A DNA stretch of 64,000 bases, taken from the NCBI GenBank assembly GCA_963751345.1, contig CAVVUS010000043.1:32001-96000 (forward strand), given 5' to 3'. Shown here in pieces: positions 61,409 to 64,000 of this stretch. The position numbers were made by a program, and so were the translations under genes. The notes under the pieces are model-generated. The model saw only the letters and a program-made list of their open reading frames with translations, did not search any database and had not been told where the DNA came from. Source of the stretch: an uncultured Chloroflexia bacterium (GTDB taxonomy: Bacteria; Chloroflexota; Anaerolineae; B4-G1; SLSP01). Within the stretch, counting starts at the first letter, position 1; the number at the start of each line of letters is the position of its first letter.

Positions 61409-64000
61409 GGGGTCGTCCCGGGCGACGCATCCCCGGGAAGCAGGCTGGCGCCTGATAGCTGGTCGATCAGTTGCTGAATAGTGGCTTGCTGGCTCTCGGG
61501 TGCGATATTGAGGGCGGTCTGGGCAGCTTGGAGCGCCTCGGCGACCTGATCCAGATTCGCATAGCTGATGGCCAGCACCCGATACATCTCCCACAGCTCA
61601 CCGGACGTGGGGCAAGCTTGGATGGCGTCTTGCAGCGCCAAGGACGCCTCCTCCCACTGAGCCTCTTGCGCGAGCAACGTGCCCACGACGCGGCGAACGG
61701 TACAGTTGTCAACGATCTCCAGCGATCGCTGGTAAGCTTCGATGGCACCGGCGATATCGCCCTGCGAACTGCGAAGGTCCCCTAACAGCATCCACGTCTG
61801 ATCGAATTCGGGATCGATCTGCAGCGAGTGCGAGATAGTCTGCTGGAAGCCGACCAGATCTCCCAAATCGGCAGCATAGAGCTGGGCCAATTCATTCCAC
61901 AAAATCGGGTTGTGCGGGCTGAGCGTCAGCGCAATCTCATAGTTCTGCAGCGACTTCTGCAACAGGTTCGCACGTTTGGTCTGCAAGCTCAACTGCTGCG
62001 TTGCGTCGAGACCCTCGGCCTGCAGATCGATGGAGACTCTTGCGGCCCACGATTTGTAGAAGCGTGCGAGGTTCGCGCTGTGGTCCGTATTTAGCGGGTT
62101 GATCTGGCGCGCCTCGTTGAGCACCTGCTCGGTGTTTTCGAAGGCCATCTCCCGCTGATCCGCGGGCGTCCCATCCGGGAGGCCCTGAGCCAGCTCGAGA
62201 TAGGCCTTACCAAGGAAGAGATAATAGTAATCCTCTCTTGGCGCATACTTTATCGCACGTTCGAAGTGCTGGATACCCAGTTGCTTCTCATTGAGCACCT
62301 GGCTGTTGGCAAACACGGAGCCTTGTTTGTAGATGATGTCTGCACGAATCAGGTTGTAGCTACCATCACGTATCACGAAAAAGCCGGGCAGTAACAATAC
62401 CAGTACTGAAAGTCCTGCGATTCCTCCGGAGGCACGTGGAAGACGCTCTTCCCGCATCAGTACCCAGCCGGCCATACCCAGCAGGACGAAGATCAGCCCA
62501 TAATACCGGCCCAAGAGTCCGCTCAGGGTATCGGCAACGTCCACGACCTGGTCCATGGACGTGATCTGGATGCGCGTCAGCGCCGCTTGGTGACCGGCGA
62601 CGATACTCCCAAAGATCAGCACGCCGACCAATGAGATCCCGGCATAGGCGGCGACAGCCACCGGCCATCGGGATGCCCGATCCTGTTCGAAGAGCCCCTC
62701 ACGATCGAACTCGCTCAACCCTACCACGCCGAAGAGCACCCACGTAAAAACGAGGATCATCAAGGCGCCGTATGCCGTTGTGGGTTGAGGATAGTACTTC
62801 ATCGTCAAAGACTTGATGAAGATCTGACCGGCACTCGTGAGACGATCGGGGTTGTTGATGAAATCGAAGGCCAGCGTCCCCAACAAGAACGTGGCAGCAA
62901 GAGCCAACGCCACGACAGCCGCCATCCACGGCGAAAAAAGAGCGTCACGTCGCAAATTCGATGCGGCCCTTCCTCGTGCCGGACGTCGGGACTTCGATGC
63001 GTTGGTAGCCGCGCCGGCCACCGCCGCTTCTGCCACAGGCTGGCTCTCGGGAACCCACATGAGACCCAGAACCACCAGCAGGCCGGCATAAGCCCAGAAC
63101 GTTGTGCGCGTGGCGGCGATAGCGATTCCGAAGTTGATCTCCACAAAGTGAGCGATGACACCCGCAAGCAGCCCCATCAAGAGCAAACTGTGCGGATGCG
63201 CGCGCAAGGCATCGAGAGGATTGACCTCCGTTGATGCCGTCTCCCCGAGCGTGGGCCCTGACAGATGATGGAACCCTTGCCACGTGAGATAAGCCATCGT
63301 CCCCACCAGGATGCCCAGGGGAATAGCCACGGCAAAAAGATAGGCCCCTTCCAGACGCCACGCGATCAGGAAGAACAACACCGCAAAGAAGACATCCAAA
63401 TCGATATACAGCAGCAGTTGCTTACGAGACGAGAGAAGACCCAACCAGTGGAATCCCCAAGCGAAGAAACTCCCGAAGGTGAAGAGATAGGCTGCGAGCC
63501 CCAGGATCCCGGTGATCACCAACGAGTCCAGGGTCTCATTGTGCGAGCGATCGGGCGAGGCAGTCCGCGACTCGTAATGGCCCAACTCGGGCGGGTAGAA
63601 TGAGTTGTAGGCCACGTACATCGACTCGGGACCGTAGCCGATGAGCGGTCGAAGGGGGTTGAGATGGTCCGTTGATCCGTCCGGAAAGGTGATGGGCTTA
63701 TGCACCGAGATAAGGTCGACCGCTCCTTGCCAAATCAGGCTTCGCACTTTGCCCGTACCCGACTCCAGCTCGGTGATCTCCGTCAACCGCTTGAGGGGGG
63801 ACACCTGCCTGACCTTGTTCTGGAGGGGGCCGGGGACATTGACCAGCAGGAGGCCGAGCGCAATCGTCATGCCCACGCTACCCCAGCCAATCCAAAGCCA
63901 CTGCCAGCCTTTTCGCTCGACGATGAAATACAGCCACAGACCGCCGAAGACCAGAAGCGCGAGCCCTCCCCCAACGTAGATCTCCAACGTCCCTTCAAGC
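61405..64000 (-). CDS. O-antigen ligase-like membrane protein with TPR repeats (5' end outside the window)
   Basis: RxxIW, PLIGYGPE, DRSHN (Wzy_C-like) followed by C-terminal TPRs. Confidence 0.8.
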   Translation of the reverse strand, partial: LEGTLEIYVGGGLALLVFGGLWLYFIVERKGWQWLWIGWGSVGMTIALGLLLVNVPGPLQNKVRQVSPLKRLTEITELESGTGKVRSLIWQGAVDLISVHKPITFPDGSTDHLNPLRPLIGYGPESMYVAYNSFYPPELGHYESRTASPDRSHNETLDSLVITGILGLAAYLFTFGSFFAWGFHWLGLLSSRKQLLLYIDLDVFFAVLFFLIAWRLEGAYLFAVAIPLGILVGTMAYLTWQGFHHLSGPTLGETASTEVNPLDALRAHPHSLLLMGLLAGVIAHFVEINFGIAIAATRTTFWAYAGLLVVLGLMWVPESQPVAEAAVAGAATNASKSRRPARGRAASNLRRDALFSPWMAAVVALALAATFLLGTLAFDFINNPDRLTSAGQIFIKSLTMKYYPQPTTAYGALMILVFTWVLFGVVGLSEFDREGLFEQDRASRWPVAVAAYAGISLVGVLIFGSIVAGHQAALTRIQITSMDQVVDVADTLSGLLGRYYGLIFVLLGMAGWVLMREERLPRASGGIAGLSVLVLLLPGFFVIRDGSYNLIRADIIYKQGSVFANSQVLNEKQLGIQHFERAIKYAPREDYYYLFLGKAYLELAQGLPDGTPADQREMAFENTEQVLNEARQINPLNTDHSANLARFYKSWAARVSIDLQAEGLDATQQLSLQTKRANLLQKSLQNYEIALTLSPHNPILWNELAQLYAADLGDLVGFQQTISHSLQIDPEFDQTWMLLGDLRSSQGDIAGAIEAYQRSLEIVDNCTVRRVVGTLLAQEAQWEEASLALQDAIQACPTSGELWEMYRVLAISYANLDQVAEALQAAQTALNIAPESQQATIQQLIDQLSGASLLPGDASPGTTP

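Noticed and set aside
1-64000. Long antisense or overlapping ORFs in the track (e.g. 11596-12633, 28447-29469, 34997-36007)
   Set aside because: Shadow ORFs expected in GC-rich DNA opposite real genes; no recognisable motifs

Overview
GC-rich bacterial chromosomal segment, most consistent with Chloroflexota (Anaerolineae-like; inferred from gene content, not from a marker gene). Mostly housekeeping and envelope genes: BMP-type nucleoside ABC operon, rnz, rtcA, LysM L,D-transpeptidase, murJ, priA, htpG with two divergent Hsp20 genes, tRNA-Asn, two DegV, UDG, rimI-tsaB-tsaE, and a WecA/MraY-family transferase. About 15 genes are split by frameshifts. Every break I reconstructed is a single extra base, which points to long-read insertion error, so the split genes are annotated as single CDSs. 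The most interesting parts are: (i) a ROK kinase translationally coupled to a PflD-like glycyl radical enzyme with no activase in the window, followed by Fur and a LarA-less larEBC cassette; (ii) a cobalamin-riboswitch ECF operon with two surface-anchored proteins resembling the separated alpha and beta domains of transcobalamin; (iii) an MrfA/Hrq1-type helicase with an inserted HNH nuclease; (iv) a baeRF/VLRF1-like release factor behind a promoter-uORF-hairpin leader; (v) several unexplained cis elements. No CRISPR array, integrase or transposase was seen.
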